A DNA stretch of 64,000 nucleotides from an uncultured Acidimicrobiales bacterium (GCA_938015295.1 CALLQB010000005.1:1-64000), one strand, 5' to 3'. Shown: positions 8,026 to 18,238, counted from the stretch's first letter. Numbers and translations: made by a program. The notes: generated by a model not told the origin, from the sequence alone.

Positions 8026-10293
8026 CTAGCTCTGAGCGTTCTGAATTGCTTGCCACACGCGCAGCGGGGTGCAAGGCATGTCGATGTGGCGGATGCCGAG
8101 ATGGGCGACTGCGTCGACCACCGCGTTCTGCACCGCTGGGGTGGAACCAATGGTTCCTGATTCGCCGATGCCCTTTGCTCCGAGTTCGTTGAACGGCGTT
8201 GGGGTTTCCATGACGTGGCGTTCGAAGCTTGGGAGCTCGGCGGCGCTGGGGATCGCATAGTCCATGAAGTTCGTCGACAGCGGATTGCCGTCGTCGTCGA
8301 AAAGAACTTCTTCGAACAGCGCCTGGGCTGCACCCTGCGCCAAACCGCCGTGCACCTGACCTGCAGCCAGCATCGGGTTGAGCAACATGCCAGCGTCGTC
8401 GACCGCAACAATGCGTTGCAGCTCTACGTGTCCGGTCTCGGCATCGATCTCGACGAGTGCGAGATGTGCTCCGAAGGGAAACGTTGGCTCCTGCGACTCG
8501 AGGTCGGAGATGAAGGTTAGGACGGTTTCGCTGGTCGAGGCAGTTCCGGCAACCGTCTCCCAGTCGACCGAGACCGATGGCGTGCCGGCTACATGAAACG
8601 CGCCGGCATCCTTATCGAGCACGATGTCGTCGACGTTGGCTTCGAGTTTGTCGGCAGCGAGAGCCATGGCTGCGACAACCAATTGGTTCGACGCATTACT
8701 CATGGCCGAACCGGCGAGCTGCGCCGAACGCGAGCCGCCGGTGATGCCACCTTCGGGAACGATGTCGGTGTCGCCGAACTGCACATCGATACGATCCATT
8801 GGCACACCCGTGCGTTCGGAAATGACCTGGGCCCAGGCGGTGAGATGGCCCTGTCCGTACGGCGTGGATCCGGTGATGGCAAGAATGCTGCCATCGTCAA
8901 GCAGACGAACTTCGCCGTAGTCCTTGCCGCCCATCGGTGCAGTGATTTCGACATAGCTGGCGACGCCGATACCGAGCAGCTTGGTGTCGCCCGCCTCCCG
9001 GCGATTGGCCTGTTCGGCTCGCAGCGCGTGGTAGTCGGACTTTTCGACCAGCATGTCGAGAGCTTCGACATACGCTCCGCTGTCGTAGAGCTTGCCTGTG
9101 GGCGTCGTGTACGGGAAGGCATTGCTCGCCACGAGGTTTTTGCGTCGAACCTCGACAGGGTCCATGCCGATTTCCGCGGCAAAGAGGTCGACCGCCCGTT
9201 CGATTGCTGCGGTGGCCTCTGGGCGGCCGGCACCGCGATAGGCGCCTGTCGGTGTGGTGTTGGTGACCACGGTTGCCGATTCGAACCCGATGGTGGCCAT
9301 GTCGTAGGTGCCGCCGGCCATCATTTGTGTGAACACTGGCAGAACACCACCGATGGCCGGATACGCTCCGGCGTCGGCGAGTACGCCGAGCTTGTAGGCG
9401 GTGATCTTGCCGTCCTTGGTGCCACCAATCGTCACGTTTTGGAGCTGCGCTCGGCTATGGCCCATGTTCGTCATGTTTTCGGTGCGGGTTTCTTCCCACG
9501 CAACGGGCCGGTTGAGTCGGTGCGACGCGACGGCTACCAATAACTCTTCGGGTGAGGTGCCGCTCTTGGCGCCGAAGCCGCCACCAACGTCTCCGACGAG
9601 TACCCGGACGTTTTCGGGCTCGAGACCCAAGACCGAAACGATGGCTTCTTTCGCCGGATGCGAACCTTGTGCTGAGGTGTAAAAGTTGAGCCGGCCATCA
9701 ATGATCTCGGCTGCAGCTGACCGTGGTTCGATCGGGGCTGGTGCCACACGTTGGTTGACGACGGCCGCCTCGACGACGACCTCGCAATCGTCGAAGCTTG
9801 CCTCCATGGGTGGAAGAGCAAAAACCGTGTTGGATTCGGTGCCAGCAAACATCGCCGATGCGGTCATCGCGGCGCCCGGTCGAACGACCGCGTCTTCAAA
9901 GTCGTAGTCGACGATGACCTGTTCGGCGGCGTCGGCTGCTTGGTAGACCGACTCGGCAAGTATGACCACGATGGGTTCGCCGACGAAACGCACGAGGCTG
10001 TCAGCGAGGAGGGGGCGCGACGTTTCGGCGGGGTAGAACGGTGGGCTCGGTGGCAGGACATCGAGGCCTACATCGGCGTTGGTCCACACGTCGATGATGC
10101 CTGGCATTGCTTTGGCGTCGGTGACATCGATGCTGGCGATCTGCGCCCGCGCAACGGTCGAGCGCACAAAAAACAGGTGCACAGGGTTATCGAGCGGACG
10201 ATTGCCGACGTACATCCCCTCGCCGCGCAGCAACGCTGGATCTTCGCGCCGGGCAACCGGATTTCCAAGAATCGAAGTGGAGGTGGCAGTCAT
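8026..10293 (-). CDS. xanthine dehydrogenase / aldehyde oxidase family molybdopterin-binding subunit (form-II CoxL-like)
   Basis: The 898-aa ORF is trimmed to the internal ATG at 10293 ([26 protein letters not shown], the canonical N-terminus of this family). Contains [11 protein letters not shown] (form-II-type AYRGAGR active-site loop). No small or medium subunit genes lie adjacent. Confidence 0.85.
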   Translation of the reverse strand: MTATSTSILGNPVARREDPALLRGEGMYVGNRPLDNPVHLFFVRSTVARAQIASIDVTDAKAMPGIIDVWTNADVGLDVLPPSPPFYPAETSRPLLADSLVRFVGEPIVVILAESVYQAADAAEQVIVDYDFEDAVVRPGAAMTASAMFAGTESNTVFALPPMEASFDDCEVVVEAAVVNQRVAPAPIEPRSAAAEIIDGRLNFYTSAQGSHPAKEAIVSVLGLEPENVRVLVGDVGGGFGAKSGTSPEELLVAVASHRLNRPVAWEETRTENMTNMGHSRAQLQNVTIGGTKDGKITAYKLGVLADAGAYPAIGGVLPVFTQMMAGGTYDMATIGFESATVVTNTTPTGAYRGAGRPEATAAIERAVDLFAAEIGMDPVEVRRKNLVASNAFPYTTPTGKLYDSGAYVEALDMLVEKSDYHALRAEQANRREAGDTKLLGIGVASYVEITAPMGGKDYGEVRLLDDGSILAITGSTPYGQGHLTAWAQVISERTGVPMDRIDVQFGDTDIVPEGGITGGSRSAQLAGSAMSNASNQLVVAAMALAADKLEANVDDIVLDKDAGAFHVAGTPSVSVDWETVAGTASTSETVLTFISDLESQEPTFPFGAHLALVEIDAETGHVELQRIVAVDDAGMLLNPMLAAGQVHGGLAQGAAQALFEEVLFDDDGNPLSTNFMDYAIPSAAELPSFERHVMETPTPFNELGAKGIGESGTIGSTPAVQNAVVDAVAHLGIRHIDMPCTPLRVWQAIQNAQS

Positions 10294-10378
10294 ACCCGGG
10301 ACACTACAACCCCCGTTCTGTTGTTGCGAAGTGACTCTTTTGTGTCGGGGTAGAGGAAAATTTCGGGTACTGGGTGGG

Positions 10379-11752
10379 TTAGGCGCGGTGCCAGGTTGCA
10401 CCGGTTGGCTTGTCTTCGACGACGATGCCTTGCTCTGCGAGTTCGTCACGGATCCGGTCGCTTGTGGCGAAATCCTTGGCCGCGCGGGCTTCATCACGCT
10501 GGGCGACAAGTGCGTCGATCGCTTCGTCTTCGCCCTGGCTTGCGCCACTCGCACCGGCAGTGCCGATGCCGAGCACGCCACGCAACTCGTCGACCGTTGA
10601 CGTAAGTACAGCCGCCCGCTCGGTATCGCCCGAACCCAGAGCGGCGTTTGCAGCGCGCAGCGTTTCAAAGATCGTCGCAACCGCCTTTGGGGTGCCCATG
10701 TCGTCGTCCATCGCCGCCACAAACTCGTCGATGATCTGCGAGTCGACGTCGGCCGACGCTAGCCCTGCCGCAGCGGCAGTGCGGTCGAGGGCGTCGAATC
10801 GTGCCAACGCCTGACCTGCAGCCTCAAGAGCGTCGCGGTTCATCTCCATGGTCTTGCGGTAGTGCGTTTGGAGCATGAGCAACCGAAGGATACGAGGGTC
10901 GAACGCGTCGAGAATATCGGCGAGTGTCGTGAAGTTGCCGAGCGACTTCGACATCTTCTCGCCGTCGACGTTGACCATGGCACTGTGAATCCACGTACGG
11001 GCAAACTCGACGCCCGTGCCAACCGCTTCGGCCCGCTCATTCTCGTGATGCGGAAACGCAAGATCGGTACCTCCGCCGTGAATATCGAAGCCCGGACCCA
11101 AAATGCCCAGAGACATCGCGACACATTCGATATGCCAGCCAGGCCGCCCCGGCCCCCACGGCGAGTCCCAAGTTGGTTCACCAGGCTTCGCTGCTTTCCA
11201 GAGCGCGAAGTCGAGCGGGTCGTCTTTCTCCGAATCAACCTCAACCCTGGCACCCGCACCCTCACGAAGGTCGTCGACCGAGCGGTGCACAAGCGCCCCA
11301 TAGTCGGCCAGTTCGCTCACGTCGAAGTACACGCCACTGTCGAGAACGTATGCCATGTTGCGCTCAAGCAGCGTCTCGATGGTGGAGATCATCTCGGCGA
11401 TGTACTCGGTTGCCCGCGTTCGATGATCGGGGTGCACGATGCCGAGCCGGTCGAGCTGGTCGACGTACGCCTTCTCGTAGGTGGCGGCGATCTCGGGCTC
11501 GGTCGAACCCTCGCGTTGGGCCCGGGCGATGATGTTGTCGTCGATATCGGTGATGTTGGCCGCGTAGACGACCTTCAGACCGCGCCAGCGGAGGTAACGA
11601 ACGAGCACGTCGTAGGTGAGCGCGGTGCGAGCGTGCCCGACGTGTGGCACGTCGTACACCGTCGGCCCGCACGAATACAGGGAGACCTCGCCTTCGATGC
11701 GAGGAACAAAATCACGTTTTTCGCTGGTGAGAGTGTCGTAGAACCTAAGCAC
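10379..11752 (-). CDS. cysS: cysteine--tRNA ligase
   Basis: 457 aa. HIGH motif (PHVGHAR), KMSKS motif (KMSKSLGN), zinc-binding Cys. Full-length class-I CysRS. Confidence 0.9.
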   Translation of the reverse strand: MLRFYDTLTSEKRDFVPRIEGEVSLYSCGPTVYDVPHVGHARTALTYDVLVRYLRWRGLKVVYAANITDIDDNIIARAQREGSTEPEIAATYEKAYVDQLDRLGIVHPDHRTRATEYIAEMISTIETLLERNMAYVLDSGVYFDVSELADYGALVHRSVDDLREGAGARVEVDSEKDDPLDFALWKAAKPGEPTWDSPWGPGRPGWHIECVAMSLGILGPGFDIHGGGTDLAFPHHENERAEAVGTGVEFARTWIHSAMVNVDGEKMSKSLGNFTTLADILDAFDPRILRLLMLQTHYRKTMEMNRDALEAAGQALARFDALDRTAAAAGLASADVDSQIIDEFVAAMDDDMGTPKAVATIFETLRAANAALGSGDTERAAVLTSTVDELRGVLGIGTAGASGASQGEDEAIDALVAQRDEARAAKDFATSDRIRDELAEQGIVVEDKPTGATWHRA

Positions 11753-11779
11753 TCGTTCAGGATAGAGGGCGCTGGCGTT

Positions 11780-12988
11780 TCAGCTCGCGGAATTACCTTC
11801 TGAGCGAGTCAAGGTAATGCCGAGCAGCGCTGCGCCTTCGATGAGGCCATCAACGGGCGAGGATGTTGTGGCATCTGCTGCACCCGGACCACTGTCGGCA
11901 AGAATCGCCATGGCGAGCTCGTCGAGTACGTCGCGTGCGGTGGCGGTGTGAAGATCGTTGTCGATAGCGCTACGGATGCGAGCAAGAAACGGTGTGGGGT
12001 CGGGTCCACCAGATGACCCTACGGCGCCTAACAAGCGAGCAAGTCGTTCATCGCCGTCTTCGATGTCTTCGTCGAACCATTCGAAACCGGCACGGTAGTG
12101 GTGGGCAAGCAACGCCAAACGAATCGCCCGCGGATCGTGGGTTTTGCGAAGTTCGCTCACAAAAACCAGATTGCCGAGCGACTTCGACATCTTCGTGCCC
12201 TCGTAACGCACCATCCCGCCATGCAGCCAGTGCTTGGCAAAAGGAGCGCCGTGGGCACTTTCGCTCTGGGCGACTTCGCACTCATGGTGCGGGAAGATCA
12301 GGTCGTCGCCGCCAGCGTGCAGGTCGAGCGGTTCGCCGAATGCCGCCCACGACATTGCCGAACACTCGATGTGCCAGCCAGGCCGTCCGGGGCCGAAAGG
12401 CGAGTCCCAGGACGGTTCGTCGTCGGCCGACGGCTGCCAGAGGATGAAGTCGAGCGGGTTCTTCTGGCGGGGATCGTCGGGGGTGCCGCCACGCTCGCGA
12501 GCAAACTCGATCATTTCTGCCTCGGAGTAGTGAGACAGCTTTCCGAAATCAGGGAACGTGGTGACATCGAAGTAGGTGATGCCTTCGACGGTGTAGGTCT
12601 GGCCCTTGGCCTCGAGGATCGACACCAAGGCGATGATGTCGTCGATCGACTCGGTGGCTCGAGGCTCAGCGTACGCCGGGCGCGCATCGAGCGATTCGAG
12701 GTCGCCGTGGAAACGTTCCATCTCCCGTGCAGCCAGCTCGAGAAAGTCGATGCCGAGCTCACGGGCTTTCGGCAGAATCGAGTCATCGACATCGGTGACG
12801 TTGCGAACCATCTGTACCTCGTGGCCCAGGTCTTCGAGACGTCGCACGATGAGGTCGATGGTGAGGTAGGTCATGGCGTGCCCGAGGTGGGTCGAATCGT
12901 AGGGCGTAATGCCACAAACGTAGATACGAACTACCGGACCCGGTTCGAACGCAATGACTTGTTGTGCTGCGGTGTCATACAACTTCAC
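11780..12988 (-). CDS. mshC: cysteine:1D-myo-inosityl 2-amino-2-deoxy-alpha-D-glucopyranoside ligase (mycothiol ligase)
   Basis: 402-aa CysRS paralog lacking the anticodon-binding C-terminus. N-terminus VRIYVCGITPYDSTHLGHAMTY and KMSKSLGN match the MshC subfamily of Actinobacteria. Confidence 0.8.
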   Translation of the reverse strand: MKLYDTAAQQVIAFEPGPVVRIYVCGITPYDSTHLGHAMTYLTIDLIVRRLEDLGHEVQMVRNVTDVDDSILPKARELGIDFLELAAREMERFHGDLESLDARPAYAEPRATESIDDIIALVSILEAKGQTYTVEGITYFDVTTFPDFGKLSHYSEAEMIEFARERGGTPDDPRQKNPLDFILWQPSADDEPSWDSPFGPGRPGWHIECSAMSWAAFGEPLDLHAGGDDLIFPHHECEVAQSESAHGAPFAKHWLHGGMVRYEGTKMSKSLGNLVFVSELRKTHDPRAIRLALLAHHYRAGFEWFDEDIEDGDERLARLLGAVGSSGGPDPTPFLARIRSAIDNDLHTATARDVLDELAMAILADSGPGAADATTSSPVDGLIEGAALLGITLTRSEGNSAS

Positions 12989-13044
12989 GCGGCGAAGGCT
13001 ACCGGGCGGGGGACGCTGCCCGGTAGCCGGTCATGTGGCTGTTG

Positions 13045-13437
13045 TTATTCAGCCTCGTCGACTGCGGCTTCGGTAGTCGCAGCAAATCCTGCTTCGTCGG
13101 CTGCGCTTCGTGCCGTTTCGGTAGCCGGCATCGTGGTGGTCGTGGCGGTCGTGGCCGTCTGGGTTGCCCAGGAGAAGTCTGGCTCTTGCCCAAGCTGCAC
13201 ACCGCTGTCGTCGAGCGCCACGCCGGCCGACGCGGCACTTGCCGGGTTATCGAGCAGCGCTGCAAGCAGCATGACAAGTCCGATCACGATCACCACGGTT
13301 CCTGCGACAGCACCTTCGCTGACATTGAGGATTCCGTGATCATCGACGAGGTAGGCCAATCCGGCGAAAGTAAACATGATTCCCGCTATAAGTGAGGTGC
13401 GATCGATGGGGTGTTTGGTGATGTTGAGTTGGCTCAT
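13045..13437 (-). CDS. small membrane protein (two TM helices, acidic/Thr-rich C-terminal tail)
   Basis: 130 aa. 4-nt overlap with the downstream PspC-domain gene suggests co-transcription. Confidence 0.5.
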   Translation of the reverse strand: MSQLNITKHPIDRTSLIAGIMFTFAGLAYLVDDHGILNVSEGAVAGTVVIVIGLVMLLAALLDNPASAASAGVALDDSGVQLGQEPDFSWATQTATTATTTTMPATETARSAADEAGFAATTEAAVDEAE

Positions 13438-14789
13438 TGGGTGACCTCTATCTGGCCGATACCGATTTCGATGTCGAGTATCAGTGTTCCGTTGGTGGAT
13501 GTTTCGCTGCCTTGGTTCAGGGTGACTTCGGCGTCAGGGCCGTCGGCTTGTTGGCCGAAGACCCGAACGTCTCCCACACCTGCGTGCGCTCGGATCTCGA
13601 GGCGGACGTCACTTGGAACCTGCACCTTGAGCTCGCCGACGCCATGGTCGATGCTGATTGCTCGCCGGGTTCCGTCGAGTTCGAGATTGCGGAAGTCGTA
13701 GCTGACCGCGCCGACCCCGGTGTCGAAATCGGCAAACTCGGTGTCATCGAGTTGGTCGACTGTCGTGATTTCGATTCGTCTTGTCTCAAAGTCGATGTCG
13801 AAATCATCGAGATCGGCGCCGGCTGCGAACATGAAGGGCAGCAGCAGGATGCCGAAGAAGATCAGACCACGTGCCCGGCCATAGAAGGCGCTGAAGGTAA
13901 GCACTGCGCCGATACCGACGATTCCCCAGGCGATAGTGCGATCGGCGTCGATGTTGAGCGCATTGGTCTGGTCGAGCACGATGGCGATGCCGAAGAAGGT
14001 CACGAGCGCAGCCAGGGCTAGCCAGGTCAGGCGAGACTTTGGTCGCTTTGGTTTCTTCGTCCTCTTTCTGGTATTTCCCTGGGTGCCAACCGGGGCGACC
14101 TGCGCTGGCTGCGGCGGGATCCAAGGTGTGTCGTTTGGTCCTCCCACTGGAGGAGCTGGTGGGATGACACCGGTGTAGGCCGATTCGCTGTAGGTCGTGC
14201 CGGTCGGCTCAAAGGTTGACTCTTGTGCCGCTTGAAAGGCCGCCGGCTCAACCGTCGAGACATCGGTCTGCGGAGTTGTGGTTTGCGTTCCCGGGAAGGG
14301 TGGGGGTGCAACGGGTTGCTGCGCCGGCGGCTGCCCTGCTGCTGTCGACGCGAGAGCGGTCGGCGATTTCCAGTACAGGAGGCCTGCGCCGATTGCGATG
14401 AGAAGGAAAGGTGCGACCAGGTTGCTGTCGCCGAGTTCGCCCATGAACACCAAGGCGCCTATTGCCAAAACGATGAGGCCCAGAATGGTCGCCGGGCTGC
14501 GATCGCTTTTGAGGTCATCGAGGGTAGTGAAACCCTGCCCTTCACCGTCTTCGGAAGGAATAAGGATGGCGCCCGCAAGATAGAGGATGATCCCGCTGCC
14601 GCCGAAAAGGCCGGTAATGACAAACAGCACCCGAACAACGTTGACGTCGATGCTGAGGTAGTCGGCGGCTGCCTGAGCGACGCCAGCGAGCTTGCGCCCA
14701 TCGACCGGTCTTTGCAGCATTCGCTGCGCTGGTGGGCCTTGTTGGGGCGGAGGTGGTTGGTTGGGTGGGTTCATCGTTTCTTCCTGCAT
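13434..14789 (-). CDS. PspC domain-containing membrane protein with LiaF-like (DUF2154-type) C-terminal domain
   Basis: N-terminal PspC motif (RKLAGVAQAAADYLSIDVNVVRVLFVITGLFGGSGIILYLAGAILIP), Pro-rich segments, several TM helices, C-terminal beta-rich LiaF-like region. Confidence 0.8.
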   Translation of the reverse strand: MQEETMNPPNQPPPPQQGPPAQRMLQRPVDGRKLAGVAQAAADYLSIDVNVVRVLFVITGLFGGSGIILYLAGAILIPSEDGEGQGFTTLDDLKSDRSPATILGLIVLAIGALVFMGELGDSNLVAPFLLIAIGAGLLYWKSPTALASTAAGQPPAQQPVAPPPFPGTQTTTPQTDVSTVEPAAFQAAQESTFEPTGTTYSESAYTGVIPPAPPVGGPNDTPWIPPQPAQVAPVGTQGNTRKRTKKPKRPKSRLTWLALAALVTFFGIAIVLDQTNALNIDADRTIAWGIVGIGAVLTFSAFYGRARGLIFFGILLLPFMFAAGADLDDFDIDFETRRIEITTVDQLDDTEFADFDTGVGAVSYDFRNLELDGTRRAISIDHGVGELKVQVPSDVRLEIRAHAGVGDVRVFGQQADGPDAEVTLNQGSETSTNGTLILDIEIGIGQIEVTQ

Positions 14790-14921
14790 ACCTCAAGCTT
14801 CGAGGTTTTGGGTGCCTCCCGAAATCGGGGACAACCCTGAAGTGTCCCTGAGGCGGCCTCAGGGTTGTGAGGGATGACCCTCTGTTGCTTTGGTTGTCGG
14901 GCGTGCGATCATAAAGAGGAC

Positions 14922-16166
14922 ATGTCCAATGCACTACCTCCGGTGTCCTCGCTTTCTGGGTTTTCCGGCAGCGCTGACCCTCAAGAGTCCCAGATTCGGC
15001 TGCGCCGCGCACAGGGTGGCCTGCTTACCGGAGTTTCGGCGGGGCTGGCTCGGCGTTTCTGCGTCGATACTTCGTTAGTCAGGCTCGCGTTTGTGGTACT
15101 CGGCCTCACCGGCGTTGGCTTACTCGCCTATGTGGCGGCTTTTGTTCGCATGCGCGAGGTCGATACTCGAGAGCTCGCCGACAACTGGCCTACCGAGACA
15201 CCCAAAGTTGTGGGTTTGGGCTTGTTCACCACCGGGCTCATGCTGCTGTTGCATCGTCTTGGGCTCTCGGTGCTGAGCGATTCGTTTTTCTGGCCGGTGC
15301 TCGTTGTTGCCGCCGGCTTCGGCGTGGTGTCGTGGCAGCTGAGCCTCGAACGCCAACAACGCCTTGCTTCGGCGTTTCAGCCCGACAGTCGATACGGAGC
15401 CCTTCGAATTGCTGCTGGGGTCGTCGTGGTGGCCGTCGGCATCTTTGCGGCGCTCGCCGGAGAGGTTTCGTTCTCGGCACTGGGTAGCAGTGCCTTCGCG
15501 CTCGTGCTCATTCTTGGCGGCCTTGCGGTGGTCTTTGGACCGTGGGCGTCCATACTTCTCAACGATGTCAGCAATGAACGTCGCCAGCGGGTGCGGGCTG
15601 ACGAGCGAGCCGACCTTGCCGCCCATCTTCACGATTCGGTTCTACAAACACTGGCACTGATTCAACGCACCGACGATCCGTCCGAAGCGGCAAGTTTGGC
15701 CCGTCGACAAGAGCGCGAGCTCCGGTCGTGGCTCTACAGCCGTCCTGAGTCCTTTGTTCATAGCGACGTCGATCTACAAAGTCTTTTCGAGTCGGCTGCG
15801 GCCGATGTCGAAGACCGACACAGCGTGCCCATCGAACTCGTCGTCGTTGGCGAGGTTGAGGTCGACGACTCGGTCATAACGCTCGCCAAGGCTGCACGCG
15901 AGGCCATGGTCAACGCGTCGAAGTTCTCCGGCGCTCCCCAGATTTCGGTATTTGTCGAGGGTGAGGCCGGCCAAGTCGAGGTCTGGGTTCGCGATCGCGG
16001 CGTCGGTTTTGACACTGACGCCATCGATCCCGACCGGCGGGGAATCCGCGATTCAGTACGCGGACGGCTCGCCCGCATCGGCGGCGAAGCGACCATCACC
16101 TCCACGCCCGGCGATGGCGCCGAGGTTTATCTTCTGCTTCCCGCCCAACGAAAGGCCTCACCATGA
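14922..16166 (+). CDS. PspC-domain sensor histidine kinase (LiaS-like, HisKA_3 plus HATPase_c)
   Basis: ORF trimmed to the ATG at 14922 behind an AAAGAGGA ribosome-binding site. PspC motif LLTGVSAGLARRFCVDTSLVRLAFVVLGL, phospho-acceptor H-box LAAHLHDSVLQ, C-terminal ATPase G-boxes. Confidence 0.8.
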   Translation: MSNALPPVSSLSGFSGSADPQESQIRLRRAQGGLLTGVSAGLARRFCVDTSLVRLAFVVLGLTGVGLLAYVAAFVRMREVDTRELADNWPTETPKVVGLGLFTTGLMLLLHRLGLSVLSDSFFWPVLVVAAGFGVVSWQLSLERQQRLASAFQPDSRYGALRIAAGVVVVAVGIFAALAGEVSFSALGSSAFALVLILGGLAVVFGPWASILLNDVSNERRQRVRADERADLAAHLHDSVLQTLALIQRTDDPSEAASLARRQERELRSWLYSRPESFVHSDVDLQSLFESAAADVEDRHSVPIELVVVGEVEVDDSVITLAKAAREAMVNASKFSGAPQISVFVEGEAGQVEVWVRDRGVGFDTDAIDPDRRGIRDSVRGRLARIGGEATITSTPGDGAEVYLLLPAQRKASP

Positions 16167-16804
16167 GCTGGCAACCCAGGGTTGTGATTGTCGACGACCA
16201 CGAACTCGTTCGGTCGGGCGTGAAGTCGTCGCTCGGCGATGCAGTGCACGTGGTTGGCGAGGCAGGCGACATTGGTGAAGCCGTCGCGGTGATCCTCGAC
16301 ACCAACCCCGATGTGGTGCTGCTCGACGTGCATCTGCCTAGTGGCACTGGCGGCGAGGTCATCACCCAGGTACACGCCGAAGGAAGCGACGTGAAATTTC
16401 TCGCACTTTCGGTCTCGGACGCAGCCGATGATGTCATTGGTGTCGTGCGTGCAGGTGCGCGCGGGTATGTCACCAAAACAATTAGTGGCGACGACCTGGC
16501 CGATGCCATTCGCCGAGTGGCCGAAGGCGACGCCGTGTTTTCTCCCCGCCTGGCCGGTTTTGTGCTCGACGCGTTCGCGACAAACGAACCTGCGCCCGTC
16601 GACGTGGAACTCGATCAGCTCACCAACCGCGAACGCGAGGTGATGCGACTTCTCGCGCGCGGGTACGCCTACAAAGAGGTCGCAGCAAAACTTGAGATTT
16701 CGGTGAAGACGGTCGAGACGCATGCGTCGTCGGTGCTGCGCAAGCTGCAGCTTTCGAATCGTCATCAGCTCACCACCTGGGCTACCAAGCGCAAACTTGT
16801 CTGA
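16163..16804 (+). CDS. LuxR/NarL-family response regulator
   Basis: REC domain (VVIVDDHELVRSGV..D) plus C-terminal LuxR HTH (LTNREREVMRLLARGYAYKEVA). ATGA overlap with the kinase gene. Confidence 0.9.
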   Translation: MSWQPRVVIVDDHELVRSGVKSSLGDAVHVVGEAGDIGEAVAVILDTNPDVVLLDVHLPSGTGGEVITQVHAEGSDVKFLALSVSDAADDVIGVVRAGARGYVTKTISGDDLADAIRRVAEGDAVFSPRLAGFVLDAFATNEPAPVDVELDQLTNREREVMRLLARGYAYKEVAAKLEISVKTVETHASSVLRKLQLSNRHQLTTWATKRKLV

Positions 16805-16837
16805 CACGGCCGCTGCGGATGGGTACAGTCTGGCTCG

Positions 16838-17857
16838 ATGACTTCTGAACGCGATCCTTTCTCGGCGCCCTTTGGCACCCTCTTCAGTGACTCGTTCACC
16901 ACAGCGGTTGGTGACGGTGATTCCTATACCTATAGCGGTGCTGTCGAGCCGCTCGCCGACTTCTCGTTACACCCGGCCACCCACGCCCTGCATTATGGGT
17001 CGACCTGTTTTGAGGGCCTCAAGGCCCATCGCCAGGCCGATGGTTCGGTGGCGATCTTTCGGCTCGACGATCATGTGGCGCGGTTCCAGCAGAGCATCGG
17101 CAAGCTCTATCTCGGTGTTCCCGAAGCCGCACTGATCCGCCAAATGATTGTTGACGCTGTTGCGGCCAATACCGACGATGTGCCGGTCAACCCTGGAGCC
17201 CTCTACATCCGGCCCACCGTTATCGGCACCGAACCCAACATTGGGGCAGCAGCAACACCCAGCAAAACCACGCTGCTGTACATCCTCAACAGCCCGGTCG
17301 GCGACTATTTTGCCGGCGGGATTCGGCCGCTAACCATTCTTGTTGAAACATCGACCCCCCGAACTACACCGCAGTTCGGCATGGTCAAATCTGGTGCGAA
17401 CTATGTGATGGCTTTGGGGGTCACCCTTGACGCGAAACGCGATCACGTTGCCGACCAGGTGCTTTTTGCGACCGAAGGCGACATTACCGAGACCGGCGCC
17501 TCAAACTTCTTTCTTGTCGACGACAACCGGTTGATTACCCGCAATCTCGACGAGTCGTTCCTGCACGGGGTAACACGAGCGTCGATTCTTACCCTTGCCG
17601 CCGACCTTGGCTACCAGGTCGAAGAGCGTTCGCTTACCGTCGACGAGCTTTTGGCTTGGGGCGATGGGGGAGAAGTGTTCCTCTCGGGTACTGCTGCAGT
17701 GGTTGCGCCGGTCGGCACGGTGATCGTCGATGGCGATCGCACCACGATGGGCGATGGTCAACCCGGCCCCAACACCTTGAAGCTCCGCGATGCCCTCACC
17801 AGTATCCAAGACGGCACGGCACCTGATCCCTATGGCTGGCGCACGCCTGTGGGCTAA
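16838..17857 (+). CDS. ilvE: branched-chain amino acid aminotransferase (PLP fold type IV)
   Basis: 339 aa. HYGSTCFEGLKAH and the conserved EGDITE-type motif (ATEGDITETGASNFF) of BCAT / class-IV aminotransferases. Confidence 0.8.
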   Translation: MTSERDPFSAPFGTLFSDSFTTAVGDGDSYTYSGAVEPLADFSLHPATHALHYGSTCFEGLKAHRQADGSVAIFRLDDHVARFQQSIGKLYLGVPEAALIRQMIVDAVAANTDDVPVNPGALYIRPTVIGTEPNIGAAATPSKTTLLYILNSPVGDYFAGGIRPLTILVETSTPRTTPQFGMVKSGANYVMALGVTLDAKRDHVADQVLFATEGDITETGASNFFLVDDNRLITRNLDESFLHGVTRASILTLAADLGYQVEERSLTVDELLAWGDGGEVFLSGTAAVVAPVGTVIVDGDRTTMGDGQPGPNTLKLRDALTSIQDGTAPDPYGWRTPVG

Positions 17858-17901
17858 AATCTTGGGGGTCGGGGGTTGATCCTGCCTGTAAGGTTCGAGG
17901 T

Positions 17902-18231
17902 ATGAGCGTCAAAGTCAGTGCCGAGGATCTTGCAACGCATGCCGCCGAATACGGCTCTACCGCGTTCGTTATCACCACAAAAGACGATGGCAGTGCCCAT
18001 GTGACGCACCAGTTGGTTTCGGTGGTCGATGGCATCGCCACCTGCCCAGCTGGCAAAGGCACCCGTGCCGCGGTGGCCCAGCGTCCGGCGGTGGTGTTGT
18101 TATGGCCGCCTACACCGTCGCAGACCTACAGCCTCATTGCCGATGGCACTGCGGTGGTCAACGATGACGGATTGGTCATCGAAATTTCTGGCGCAGTGCT
18201 TCATCGCCCTGCCGGTGCTGAAACCTGCTGA
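17902..18231 (+). CDS. small hypothetical protein, possibly pyridoxamine 5'-phosphate oxidase-like split-barrel family
   Basis: 109 aa. Beta-rich, with weak resemblance to the PNPOx-like / F420-dependent split barrel. Assignment is tentative. Confidence 0.4.
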   Translation: MSVKVSAEDLATHAAEYGSTAFVITTKDDGSAHVTHQLVSVVDGIATCPAGKGTRAAVAQRPAVVLLWPPTPSQTYSLIADGTAVVNDDGLVIEISGAVLHRPAGAETC

Positions 18232-18238
18232 ACAAGGG

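Noticed and set aside
10294-10722. N-terminal 143-codon extension of the molybdopterin-subunit ORF
   Set aside because: The extension overlaps the 3' end of cysS and has Arg/Ser-rich nonsense composition. The conserved family N-terminus ([18 protein letters not shown]) begins at the ATG at 10293.
12999-13026. Hairpin ctaccgggc-N10-gcccggtag between the small membrane gene and mshC
   Set aside because: The stem is only 9 bp with a 10-nt loop and no U-tract. It is too weak to call a terminator or attenuator with confidence.
12098-13339. 413-aa plus-strand ORF
   Set aside because: It is antisense to mshC and the small membrane gene. It has no motifs and an Arg/Gly-rich mirror-frame composition.
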